Of a stretch of 32,000 bases of DNA, positions 17,798 through 27,277 are shown piece by piece. This DNA comes from Fastidiosibacter lacustris. Lineage in GTDB: Bacteria > Pseudomonadota > Gammaproteobacteria > Francisellales > Francisellaceae. Position numbers and translations under genes: made by a program. Under the pieces are notes generated by a model. The model made no database searches, was not told the origin of the DNA, and was given only the letters and a program-made list of their open reading frames with translations. Position 1 is the first letter of the stretch. Each line of letters opens with the position of its first letter. The stretch is from assembly GCF_003428155.1 (NCBI RefSeq), contig NZ_QLIR01000002.1, positions 90,001 to 122,000 of the forward strand, in the 5' to 3' direction.

Positions 17798-18628
17798 ATG
17801 TCTATTTGTAACAGAAAGGAAAATCTTAAAAAGATTTATTTTCATCATAAAAGTAGAGTAATCAATAGCTACTATGATGTTGTGTCACAGTTGACCCATA
17901 CATTTCAGGTATCAGATGCAAGTTATGATAGAGTATATAAAAATAAAAAGGTCATATCATTTCCTATTCTCGTTAGAGAAACAACAGAGGAATGGCTAGA
18001 TACCAGTTCAATACATGAGCCTTTACACCTTTATGATAATTTATTAGAGTTACCTTGTGTGTCAACCCTTGAAGAAGTTATTCCTTTTATACGTGAACAA
18101 GAGATTATAGAGTGTGAATATGGCTTTTTTGATAGGGTCCGTGTCTTACCAAACATTGTGACTTATAGAGTGTATAATGAAGATGACTCTATTAGTTCCT
18201 TAACCATTGTTACTAAAAACGGAGCGTTTAACGTTCGCGAATATGATTGGTACTTTAAAAAAATTATTAAAGAGATAGAAAAGAGATTATTTAGTTCTGA
18301 CACTTTATTCTATGAGTTATTTGACATCACTGAATATATAGAACCAATCAAGTTGAACATGGGAATAGAGCAAGACAAATTTCCCTTTCAGCTGACAGAT
18401 TCTGAAAATAGTTGTTTTTATTATATTTATCATGGGCATTATGATGCAAAATCTTTAGCCTCAAAACTTTCATTATCTCATAGGAGCGTTGAGAGAATTA
18501 TTGCATCATTGATTGAAAAACTAGGTTGTGTAAATAAATATGACCTTGTTGTCGCCATTTCTAAGCGTCATGACTATATTAGAAAACTAATACAACGAAG
18601 TACATCATCCTACATTCGACTAAGGTGA
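17798..18628 (+). CDS. LuxR-family HTH transcriptional regulator
   Basis: 276 aa; C-terminal HYDAKSLASKLSLSHRSVERIIASLIEKLGCVNKYDLVVAIS matches the LuxR/GerE HTH pattern; N-terminal region is not an obvious response-regulator receiver. Confidence 0.82.
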   Translation: MSICNRKENLKKIYFHHKSRVINSYYDVVSQLTHTFQVSDASYDRVYKNKKVISFPILVRETTEEWLDTSSIHEPLHLYDNLLELPCVSTLEEVIPFIREQEIIECEYGFFDRVRVLPNIVTYRVYNEDDSISSLTIVTKNGAFNVREYDWYFKKIIKEIEKRLFSSDTLFYELFDITEYIEPIKLNMGIEQDKFPFQLTDSENSCFYYIYHGHYDAKSLASKLSLSHRSVERIIASLIEKLGCVNKYDLVVAISKRHDYIRKLIQRSTSSYIRLR

Positions 18629-18665
18629 GTTTGTATAATAAAGTATATATGCTCATCGTAACCAT

Positions 18666-21600
18666 TTAATCTTTCGAATGTGTTTGGTAGAGAATATCTC
18701 CACCTTTATCAAAGCTTGTTACCTCACCTTTTAATTTCCATTGTGGTGTAAGTGAAAACGTTGCAATACCTTGTTGTTCCCCTGTGAATATTCCAACACC
18801 ATAACTCAAGTAGAGTCGTGGCGTTATTTGTTTACCAATGAAGACAGCGGTGTTATTTTGTGTATTGCTTGTTCCATTTGTGGTATTAGTTGAATTATTG
18901 CTTAAGTTGCCAAGCGAAAATTCAGTTAGTGATAGACGATCCTTTAATTCATCAATCACACTGCTGCCACCTTCGTTAATTGCAATTAACAAAGCCATTT
19001 GAGAAAGTGAATCGGATGAAGTCTGATTGCTGTTCAAGCTTGTCAATACTTGTCCAAATAGAATAAAAGATAAAATATCGGTTTGTGACATAGTAGGATT
19101 AGAGAAAAGCTGAACTTTAGGATTGTTTGCTGTTCCTGTAATTTGAATGCCGATTGTCTCTGGTACATCAGGTTGTGAAAGTTTGACAGAAGTTGGGATG
19201 TTATAATAAGTAGTGATTGAAAGTAGGGGGTTATTAACAGAAGAGCTATTAAACAAGACCCTTGATTTAGGATCAACTGTGAAACGCTTGCCATAAGCAG
19301 TAAATATGCCATTAACAGGTTGCAAAGCTCCTATACCAAGCATCGGTTCGTTGGATTTACTTATGATATTAAGCGTACCTTCAATATTTGTGTTAATTCC
19401 AAGTCCTGAAATCGAAGCATTTTGCCCCATATCGATGTTGATATTCATGCTAAATGGTATTTTTTTTTGCGGTTCAAGTGCCTGGTTGTTATTCACATAA
19501 ACGACGTCATTTTGGATAGTGTTTTGTAAGTTGCTTCCTTTCATGCCTGCCAGATTAACAATGAGCTGATCGATAAAAATACTACCAGTGAGCGTGTTAT
19601 CACTATTTTGTTGACTAAAGTTAAGCTTAGGTGAAACGATTACTTCTATATCAGGCGTATTGATAACCTTAAGCTTGTGACCAGTTATTGTAATATTAGT
19701 GTTGATTTTACCTTGTTGAAAGAGACTAGTTCCCGAAATCGACAATCGTTCATGATCAATCATCGCTTGAGCCTCTATTTGAGCAGTCAGAGGCGTGTTG
19801 ATCTTTATATTAGCATTCAAGTTTGTAAGAGTTGTATTAAGTGGAAGTAATTCGATTGTGCCATTGTCGAGTTTTAGATTGCCATTGATATTTGGATTAG
19901 AGAAGTTATTGCTGATAGAAAGTTTTGCATTGAGCGCTCCAGTTTTAATCAAGGTAGGAAACTTTGGGAAGAAGTTACTGATCCAGCCTAAACGCGTAGA
20001 TTTGACATTGATATTACCATTAATCATTGCGCTCGTTAAATGAGCAAATTCAAAGTCACTGCTTTTTAGTGCAGCTATTATGCTGTTTTGTGGGAAGTGA
20101 GCATCAAGTTTGCTGGTGAGCATTTTATTCTTGAGATCTACACTTGCATTTATATGAGTGAGGTAGATGAGTTTATGAATTGGATCAATTGCTTGTAATT
20201 CTTTAAACCAGTTACTGTTATTGCCAAAGAAAAAACCCTTTCCAGTAACATTAACGTTGGCAATGGGATTCTCATTTGCTTCTTGAGAGTATGTGCTATC
20301 AAAATCAACGACAAAAGTATCATTGCCATAGGGTAGATTAGGCATTAATTTCACGGGGGTGATCCTTCCATGTAGTGTTGCAATTATGGCACGAGGTGAA
20401 AAGTTTGCTTCTAGGCATAGCCTATTATTAGAAGAGGTCATTAAACAAAGCGTTGATAATGAACTGTTAGTTGGAGAGAGTTTGATTGTACTTGGATGCA
20501 TGATTTGCCAGCGTTGCTTAAATTTTTTCAGCGTAAGGTTAAGCGTATCAATCGTTGCAATAAGCGTCGATAGAGAAAGTGATTTAAGCTTACTCTGAAG
20601 AGCCAGATTAACATCGTTTGAATCTACGCTTAATGAAAGATTAGTATTGTCAACGTTTAGGATGAGTTTTTGGGTATCAAAATTTTTGTATAGAAAATCA
20701 CGAATATCTAAGTTAAAAGAAAGTGTGTGATAGTCTTTGTCATCAATAGCGATATTACCTTTAGAGGAAATGCCCCCACTAATGCTGAAAGGGTAATGAT
20801 TTAGGTTGGTAATAAATACTTCCCACTTGGCTTTAAGTAATGCATTATTCTTAGTTAGTTGAAGTACAATAGAATCATTATTATGTGGGTTGGTTAAAGA
20901 GAAATCGTCGAGTTGAAATAAGCGAGTTTTATTAGTGAGTTTAAGTACACAGTTAAGCTTGATTTCATTGGCAAAGACATCGCAAAATTTCGTCTTTAGC
21001 TCCAGTTGATCCTCTTTAGTGTTCAGTATACCTCCAGCATTAAGATGTACTGGCCAGGTTTGATTAAGCGATTTAATTGCCAGTGACCAATTTAGTTTGT
21101 TGCTAAATAGCAAGGTGTTATCAATTTCTGCAATATGATTCAAGATGAGTTTAGTGTCAATTTGAGCGCCATTGAACAGACTTGTAAGCACATAAGGATA
21201 AGGTTTTTGTTGATAATAAACGTCCCCTTTACTAACTATTTGAAACAGTTTGCCAAAATCACCACGTATCGTTGTGTCTTGAGTCGTTAATTGTACACCT
21301 TGTTGAGAAAGGTTGACGTTTAGATCAAGTGTAGTTGAAAAAGGAGCATTTAAAATAATAAAGCCTGTTTTCAAGAAAGCATGTGCTTGATATTGTGGCA
21401 ATTGAGCAGCGACAGAATCAAGGCTTAACTTATCCTTGATAAGTGATACATTTTTAGCAGAAAATGATCTAGCCTGAACAATGAGCTCATTATTCATGAG
21501 GTAGTCTACTTGATCGATGCTTATGGCATAAGCATTCAAGTCAAGTGGCATGCTAAAATCGAAAGCTTCAATATGTTGAGTTTTGCTATCTGTAATTTCT

Positions 21601-21953
21601 TCTACATTCGTATTAACATCTACGTAAACTTTAGAAAGGTTAAGCTTATTGACATCAAGTTTTTGTTTTGCAACTAAAGCCCACAGCGATAAAGAAAGTT
21701 GAACATTGCTTAAATGAATATTAACGACATCATTTTTGATGTCTAAGTTTTGCAATTGTAAACGGTTGATTTGCCCCTTAATTTCACCTTCTATGCTAAT
21801 GCCCAATGGTTGTAAAAAGTGATTGGCAATGACTTTTGTGATTTTAAGCCCAGGCGTGGTAAAAAGTAAAAAACCAAGCGAAATTAAGACAATGAGTAGT
21901 AAAGTAGAGACACTAATAGTTAACCATTTAAAACACTTACCTAATTTTTTCAT
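18666..21953 (-). CDS. tamB: translocation and assembly module inner-membrane subunit TamB
   Basis: 1095 aa; N-terminal TM anchor, long beta-rich body, C-terminal DUF490-type region (LLLAINEGGSSVIDELKDRLSLTEFSLG...VFIGKQITPRLYLSYGVGIF). Confidence 0.9.
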   Translation of the reverse strand: MKKLGKCFKWLTISVSTLLLIVLISLGFLLFTTPGLKITKVIANHFLQPLGISIEGEIKGQINRLQLQNLDIKNDVVNIHLSNVQLSLSLWALVAKQKLDVNKLNLSKVYVDVNTNVEEITDSKTQHIEAFDFSMPLDLNAYAISIDQVDYLMNNELIVQARSFSAKNVSLIKDKLSLDSVAAQLPQYQAHAFLKTGFIILNAPFSTTLDLNVNLSQQGVQLTTQDTTIRGDFGKLFQIVSKGDVYYQQKPYPYVLTSLFNGAQIDTKLILNHIAEIDNTLLFSNKLNWSLAIKSLNQTWPVHLNAGGILNTKEDQLELKTKFCDVFANEIKLNCVLKLTNKTRLFQLDDFSLTNPHNNDSIVLQLTKNNALLKAKWEVFITNLNHYPFSISGGISSKGNIAIDDKDYHTLSFNLDIRDFLYKNFDTQKLILNVDNTNLSLSVDSNDVNLALQSKLKSLSLSTLIATIDTLNLTLKKFKQRWQIMHPSTIKLSPTNSSLSTLCLMTSSNNRLCLEANFSPRAIIATLHGRITPVKLMPNLPYGNDTFVVDFDSTYSQEANENPIANVNVTGKGFFFGNNSNWFKELQAIDPIHKLIYLTHINASVDLKNKMLTSKLDAHFPQNSIIAALKSSDFEFAHLTSAMINGNINVKSTRLGWISNFFPKFPTLIKTGALNAKLSISNNFSNPNINGNLKLDNGTIELLPLNTTLTNLNANIKINTPLTAQIEAQAMIDHERLSISGTSLFQQGKINTNITITGHKLKVINTPDIEVIVSPKLNFSQQNSDNTLTGSIFIDQLIVNLAGMKGSNLQNTIQNDVVYVNNNQALEPQKKIPFSMNINIDMGQNASISGLGINTNIEGTLNIISKSNEPMLGIGALQPVNGIFTAYGKRFTVDPKSRVLFNSSSVNNPLLSITTYYNIPTSVKLSQPDVPETIGIQITGTANNPKVQLFSNPTMSQTDILSFILFGQVLTSLNSNQTSSDSLSQMALLIAINEGGSSVIDELKDRLSLTEFSLGNLSNNSTNTTNGTSNTQNNTAVFIGKQITPRLYLSYGVGIFTGEQQGIATFSLTPQWKLKGEVTSFDKGGDILYQTHSKD

Positions 21954-23725
21954 AGGTTTACTCCTATGCTCAGATCAAAGCGCCAATGCTGATCGTTTCG
22001 GTTTAACGTGCGTGTAAAAAAAGCCATAAAAGGTCCTAAAGGGGTTTTATAACTTAAACCTATACCTCCAGCTTTTAATATTTGTATGTCACTGAGATTG
22101 GGTTTGTTTGAAGCATTTCCTAAGTTGTAATAAAGCATGGTACTAAAATTGCCATAAATGCGTTGCTCAACGCCAGCAAAACCTGTTGCTAAGTAGCGTC
22201 CACCTGTGACATTACCATTGACGGTAGGTCCTTGACTTAAATATGGATACCCTAATAAATTAGCAATTCCACCTGCGTAAAAGCGAAAGTTAGGTGCAAC
22301 GTCTTGAATATTATTAACAGTGGTAAAACCCCAATAACCAGCAAATAGCAGTCGATTCCAATCGAGATTAAGTGGAAAAGAATAATAAATGCTCATCATG
22401 TTGCGAATAAAGTTTTGATCTGACAAAGGGGATTTAATAGAAGCTTGTAATAGATTATTCCAAATTAAACCTTCAGAGTAAAAACCATTTTGTGTTGTAC
22501 TATCATAAACAAGCGCAATCCCTGGTACCAAATATTTGCCATTAATATTATTTGAATTGGCAACTGTACTGTAGTTGGTCAAATATTGTTGGATACTAGT
22601 AGTTGCTTGCCAATTACCGTATTTGTGCGTGTGAATAAGACCAAAGTTTGTTTGGCGCTCATTATAAGTATCAGTTTCAATATAACTTTGTTGGGCATTA
22701 ATATTCCAGTTGTCATATAACGGATCTTGGCCTGGAAAAGTGTAACTTGTGCTAAAGGTGGTGTTAGCAGGAGAGGCTTCAATATTGAATGAAAATTGCT
22801 GTCCTGTATTTGTTACGTGACGAAAAAGTGTGCCAAAGCTTACACGTGGTCCGGTGAAAGTGCCATAACCCACACCAAAGGTATAGTTACGCGAGTAATT
22901 TGCAGTAAGCTTGACATTAATTGGCACGGTTTTATTTTGCTGATCTCTTTGAGAGATTAATGGTACTATTTGTGCACTACTAAAGTAACCACTATCTTGC
23001 AAGCGTTTATTTGCTTGCGTTATTTTGTTTTGACTAAAGTTGCTCCCTTGTTTGATCAGAATCAAATCGTAAATAAACTCTGGTGAATACTCATAGCGGT
23101 TTTGTTTGATGTTAATTTCCCCTATTTTGTATTGCTCTCCTGTATCAACTGTCAGAACGATCTCTGCACTGTATTTTAATAGGTTGATGCGAACTTGATG
23201 TTCAGTTAGTGTTGCATCTAAATATCCCTCATTGAAAAAACTATCCGTGAGTAAGAATTTTGCCTTTTCATATTGCGTTTGAGTGAGTATTTCACCTTCT
23301 TTTAATGGAAAGTTATGTAGTGTTTTTTTCGCAAACTTACTTCCTTTGCCTGCGCCAACGATGTTCACATGTAGTGAGTTAATATAAAGTGGTGCATTGA
23401 GCTGGATATTAAAAATAACAATCCATTTGTTATTTTGGACCTTAAAATCAGTGTTGATGACTGGTTTATAATAACCATAAGGCTCAAGTAGAGTTTTGAT
23501 TTCGTCATCACTTTTTTTAAGCAGTAATTGCATTTGATTTGGATGTGCTAAGGCAAAGTCCTTAAAGCGTGATAGGGTAATGTTATCAATAAGGCTTTGT
23601 TTGACTTTAGTATCGTTTATACCATTAATTTGAATTTCAAGCTCTGATTTTACCGAATTTTCAGCATGAGTGATGGCAATTAGACCACAGGCAAAAAGCA
23701 AACAAAAAATAATTCTCCTTAGCAT
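21950..23725 (-). CDS. tamA: translocation and assembly module outer-membrane subunit TamA (Omp85 family)
   Basis: 591 aa; signal peptide, POTRA-like repeats, C-terminal Omp85 barrel (GLSYKTPLGPFMAFFTRTLNRNDQHWRFDLSIGVNL); overlaps tamB start. Confidence 0.9.
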   Translation of the reverse strand: MLRRIIFCLLFACGLIAITHAENSVKSELEIQINGINDTKVKQSLIDNITLSRFKDFALAHPNQMQLLLKKSDDEIKTLLEPYGYYKPVINTDFKVQNNKWIVIFNIQLNAPLYINSLHVNIVGAGKGSKFAKKTLHNFPLKEGEILTQTQYEKAKFLLTDSFFNEGYLDATLTEHQVRINLLKYSAEIVLTVDTGEQYKIGEINIKQNRYEYSPEFIYDLILIKQGSNFSQNKITQANKRLQDSGYFSSAQIVPLISQRDQQNKTVPINVKLTANYSRNYTFGVGYGTFTGPRVSFGTLFRHVTNTGQQFSFNIEASPANTTFSTSYTFPGQDPLYDNWNINAQQSYIETDTYNERQTNFGLIHTHKYGNWQATTSIQQYLTNYSTVANSNNINGKYLVPGIALVYDSTTQNGFYSEGLIWNNLLQASIKSPLSDQNFIRNMMSIYYSFPLNLDWNRLLFAGYWGFTTVNNIQDVAPNFRFYAGGIANLLGYPYLSQGPTVNGNVTGGRYLATGFAGVEQRIYGNFSTMLYYNLGNASNKPNLSDIQILKAGGIGLSYKTPLGPFMAFFTRTLNRNDQHWRFDLSIGVNL

Positions 23726-23809
23726 TGTCTTTTTGCTGTGCCTATCGTGTTAGTGAGTAAATTTAGTATATTATAAGTTATCTTTTGGCATATAGAAACA
23801 CACGCGAGA

Positions 23810-24277
23810 ATGTCTTTACCTGAACATGAAAAATGGATGCAAGTCGCATTACAACAGGCTAAAAAAGCGTTGCAATATGACGAGGTACCTGTGGGTGCTG
23901 TGATTGTTTTAAATAATGAAATTATTGGAACAGGCTTTAATCAAGTGATTCGCTTATCTGATCCAACGGCACACGCTGAAATTATTGCCTTACGACAGGC
24001 TGGTATGGCAAAGCATAATTACCGCTTACCTGAGTGTGATATATATGTCACTTTAGAGTCATGTATGATGTGTCTAGGTGCGATGGTACATGCTCGCTTG
24101 AGGTGTGTTTATTTTGCAACAACTGAACCAAAAGCAGGTGTGATTTGCTCTCAAGCTCATTTACATCAATCTAATTTTTTAAACCACAGGTTAGATGTTC
24201 AGGGTGGGGTGTTAATGAAAGAAGCAAGCCAGTTATTGAAAGATTTTTTTAAAAAAAAGCGCAGTATTAATTGTTAA
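23810..24277 (+). CDS. tadA: tRNA adenosine(34) deaminase
   Basis: 155 aa; DEVPVGAVIV, HAEIIALRQA and TLESCMMCLGAMVHARL zinc/active-site motifs. Confidence 0.93.
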   Translation: MSLPEHEKWMQVALQQAKKALQYDEVPVGAVIVLNNEIIGTGFNQVIRLSDPTAHAEIIALRQAGMAKHNYRLPECDIYVTLESCMMCLGAMVHARLRCVYFATTEPKAGVICSQAHLHQSNFLNHRLDVQGGVLMKEASQLLKDFFKKKRSINC

Positions 24278-24454
24278 CGCTATCTAGTGGCAGAATCAAG
24301 TTGCTCATTTAATTTGGATAATTTGGAGTTTACAAAACCTCGTGTACAAAGGCATGATTTGCTGGTTGAAGTCAAAGGTGTATCGGTTAATTCTGTTGAT
24401 ACTAAATTCAGACAAGGCAAAATGGACAAACCAGGCAAACCAAAAATGCAATAG
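24278..24454 (+). pseudogene. N-terminal remnant of zinc-type alcohol dehydrogenase / quinone oxidoreductase (MDR family)
   Basis: Not in the ORF track. The frame reads RYLVAESSCSFNLDNLEFTKPRVQRHDLLVEVKGVSVNSVDTKFRQGKMDKPGKPKMQ-stop, matching the conserved N-terminal pattern (exPxpxghDlLVevkavsvNpvDtkxR) with no start codon, RBS or catalytic body. Confidence 0.7.
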
Positions 24455-24534
24455 GTAGAAGATAAACGATACTTGTAAAGCCTATAGACAGTGGTATAAA
24501 TTAACGCAGAGAATAATCAAGGTTATAGAGAGTT

Positions 24535-25287
24535 ATGAAGCAGTTTAAATTTTATCTACAACGCTTTTACGGTTTTGCTCCACAACTAAAGAGTCCTTCT
24601 GATTGGCAGCAGTGGTATCAAGGTCAAACAAAACTGCATAAATGTGAGAAAGTAAAGACGACACATTTACCGGCAAGTTTAAAAAGGCGTTCAAGCGATA
24701 GTGTGAAGTTAGCACTGGATATAGCATTTGAATGTTTAGGACAAGAAACACAAGTTGATTATGTGATCTTTGCGTCACAACATGGAGAAAGTTCGCGTAT
24801 ACAATTGATATTGCAGCAAATTAGCAATAGACAGATGCTCTCACCTACTGATTTTTCCCAATCTGTGCACAATACTGCCTCAGGTTTATTGTCGATTACC
24901 AAAAATATCACGAGCAATATCAATTCGATCTCAGCTGGAGAGGACACATTTTTTATGGCTTTTTTTGAGGCTGTCGTTTATTTGCAATTAAATCCAAAAA
25001 CCAAAGTAATGATTGTTATTTATGATGAAGTTTTACCTCTTCTTTATGAACGTTACCAAGTGGTATATGATCAGCAATATGCATGTGCTTTTATATTGAC
25101 CGATACTCAAGCTCAAAATACAATTGCTATGACGTGTGATGTGACTGCTTGTAACAATAGCAAGCTAAGAAGCGTTCCACCTGCATTGATTTTTATGGCA
25201 TGGCTATACAGTAATCAACAAAATAGCTTAACAATGGATAGTGTGTTTTGGCGGTTTAATTGGTATAAAGAAGAAGTGTTGTCATAA
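24535..25287 (+). CDS. beta-ketoacyl-synthase N-terminal-like domain protein
   Basis: 250 aa; MLSPTDFSQSVHNTASGLLSITKNITSNINSISAGEDTFFMAFFEA is typical of the stand-alone Ketoacyl-synt_2-type proteins. Confidence 0.78.
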   Translation: MKQFKFYLQRFYGFAPQLKSPSDWQQWYQGQTKLHKCEKVKTTHLPASLKRRSSDSVKLALDIAFECLGQETQVDYVIFASQHGESSRIQLILQQISNRQMLSPTDFSQSVHNTASGLLSITKNITSNINSISAGEDTFFMAFFEAVVYLQLNPKTKVMIVIYDEVLPLLYERYQVVYDQQYACAFILTDTQAQNTIAMTCDVTACNNSKLRSVPPALIFMAWLYSNQQNSLTMDSVFWRFNWYKEEVLS

Positions 25288-25304
25288 AAGGTTAGGTAAG
25301 CAGA

Positions 25305-26408
25305 ATGTTAAAAAAACAGGTCGGTTTTATTGGTTGGCGAGGCATGGTGGGTTCTGTGCTAATCCAAAGGATGACTCAAGAGCAAGATTTTAATCGATTT
25401 AACTCTGTTTTTTTCAGTACTTCACAAAAGGGGCAGATTGCACCAGAAGTCATAAATGGTAATGCAATACTTCAAGATGCTTATGATATGAAGCTGCTTA
25501 CAGAAATGAATGTCCTTGTAACTTGTCAGGGTAGTGAGTATAGCCAGCGAGTGTTGCCACAATTAAGAAAGCTGGGTTGGAAAGGTTTTTGGATTGATGC
25601 AGCATCGTATTATCGCATGGAGCAAGAAAGTATGATTGTGCTAGATCCGATTAATCGTAAAAAAATAGATGCAGCATTGAATTCGGGTATTAAGAACTAT
25701 ATTGGTAGCAATTGTACAGTCAGTCTTATGATGTTAGCTATTCAAGGTTTAATCAATGCAGATCTGATCAATTGGATTTCAGTGATGAGCTACCAAGCAG
25801 TATCAGGAGCAGGAGCCAATGCCATGCAAGAGCTTTTACAGCAAACAGCAATTTTAGATCGTGATGTAGTGGCGACAGGCGATATTTTAGAAACTGAAAA
25901 AGCAATACGACTTAAGTCACAAAGTGAAGCTTTTCCGTGTATGAATTTCATGACAGCTATGGCATTTAATGTGTTGCCATTTATTGATACGGTATTGCCA
26001 AATGGTCAAAGTAAAGAGGAATGGAAAATTCAAGCTGAACTAAATAAAATCTTGACAAGAGCAGATTTGATTGCAATTGATGGTATTTGTGTACGTGTTC
26101 CTGTATTAAGAGCACATAGTCAAGCGTTAACTATTGAGCTTAAAAAAACAGTTAGCTTAAGAGAAATAGAAACGTTGTTAAGTTCAGCTAATCCTTGGGT
26201 GAGGTTTGTTGAAAATACTCCACAAGAAACAGCAAAATATTTAACACCTATGGCGGTGACAGACACCTTGAATATTAGTGTAGGACGTGTTAAAAGGACA
26301 AATTTATCTAATCGTCATATTCAGCTATTTACAGTTGGTGATCAATTATTGTGGGGAGCGGCAGAACCGCTAAGAAGAATGTTAAATATTTGTGTGATGG
26401 AGCAATAA
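25305..26408 (+). CDS. asd: aspartate-semialdehyde dehydrogenase
   Basis: 367 aa; VGFIGWRGMVGSVLIQRM, active-site GSNCTVSLMMLA, SYQAVSGAGANAMQELL. Confidence 0.95.
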   Translation: MLKKQVGFIGWRGMVGSVLIQRMTQEQDFNRFNSVFFSTSQKGQIAPEVINGNAILQDAYDMKLLTEMNVLVTCQGSEYSQRVLPQLRKLGWKGFWIDAASYYRMEQESMIVLDPINRKKIDAALNSGIKNYIGSNCTVSLMMLAIQGLINADLINWISVMSYQAVSGAGANAMQELLQQTAILDRDVVATGDILETEKAIRLKSQSEAFPCMNFMTAMAFNVLPFIDTVLPNGQSKEEWKIQAELNKILTRADLIAIDGICVRVPVLRAHSQALTIELKKTVSLREIETLLSSANPWVRFVENTPQETAKYLTPMAVTDTLNISVGRVKRTNLSNRHIQLFTVGDQLLWGAAEPLRRMLNICVMEQ

Positions 26409-26507
26409 TTTTGGCTATGTGCAGCATCCAGTCCTTGATTTACCAATAGATTTAACTAATATAACGATAAATATTTACAGGAACCCTTTATAAAGGAGAT
26501 AGCTAAC

Positions 26508-26840
26508 ATGAAAAACTATATTGCTTTTTTAAGACGTGCTTTGCTTGTGTTGTCCATGCTACCACTAACCATTATGGCTTCGTACGCAACTGGGACACAA
26601 AACAATGCATTTTCTGCAATGACAGGACCGCTTCAACAAATTATGGATGTCATCTCAGGTCCAATTGCGCAAATGGCGGGTGTTATTTGTATTGTGATAG
26701 CGGGTCTAGGCATTGCTTTTGGTGAAGGTGGCAGTGGTGTTAGACGTTTATTTCAGGTTGTGATGGGGCTTGCGATTGCCTTTACTGCTGCAAGCTTGAT
26801 TTCTGGACTATTTAATCGTGGGTCAGGTCTTATTTTCTAA
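26508..26840 (+). CDS. trbC: TrbC/VirB2-like pilin
   Basis: 110 aa; signal peptide plus two hydrophobic helices, GPLQQIMDVISGPIAQMAGVICIVIAGLGIAFGEGGSGVRRLFQVVMGLAIAF. Confidence 0.85.
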   Translation: MKNYIAFLRRALLVLSMLPLTIMASYATGTQNNAFSAMTGPLQQIMDVISGPIAQMAGVICIVIAGLGIAFGEGGSGVRRLFQVVMGLAIAFTAASLISGLFNRGSGLIF

Positions 26841-27017
26841 ACGTCCATTTCTAGTGGTATGCTTGTGTTTATGATTGTGAGTTTAATGCTTGCAGTAGAT
26901 AAAGAGCAAGAGGCAAGCTTTCATCTTACAATTTAAGCGTTGCAATAATTTAGAGCTTGATTGAGTGGTTTAAAACTCTAAATATGTTTTGAAAATATAT
27001 TAAAGGATGTGGTTTAA

Positions 27018-27272
27018 ATGGCAGTGCCAGGTTTTGTGATTAGAATACATAATTCGTTGACAACACCATTGTTAACAGCAGGGGTACCTAGACAGTTTTT
27101 TATTTTAAATGGGACTTTGGGGGCAGCAATTGTTCTTGGTATGCAGTCTTGGTATGGTATTCCAATTTTCATCGTTTTGCATACTGTAGCAGTACTGATG
27201 ACAAAGAAAGATCCACAGTTTTTTCAGGTCATGGTGCGACATATTAAACAAAAAAATTATTATGGTGTATAA
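27018..27272 (+). CDS. trbD: TrbD/VirB3-like protein
   Basis: 84 aa; FVIRIHNSLTTPLLTAGVPRQFFILNGTLGAAIVLG; lies between TrbC and TrbE. Confidence 0.85.
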   Translation: MAVPGFVIRIHNSLTTPLLTAGVPRQFFILNGTLGAAIVLGMQSWYGIPIFIVLHTVAVLMTKKDPQFFQVMVRHIKQKNYYGV

Positions 27273-27277
27273 GAGAT

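Noticed and set aside
24244-24258. T7A8 homopolymer junction at the tadA 3' end
   Set aside because: Common in AT-rich coding DNA for FFKKK; close to the C-terminus, so little reason to suspect a switch.
2534-26408. fimV-like and asd separated by ~21 kb, suggesting the T4BSS region inserted into an ancestral asd-fimV neighbourhood
   Set aside because: The two genes are now in divergent orientation and several other housekeeping genes lie between them, so a simple insertion cannot be supported from this window alone.
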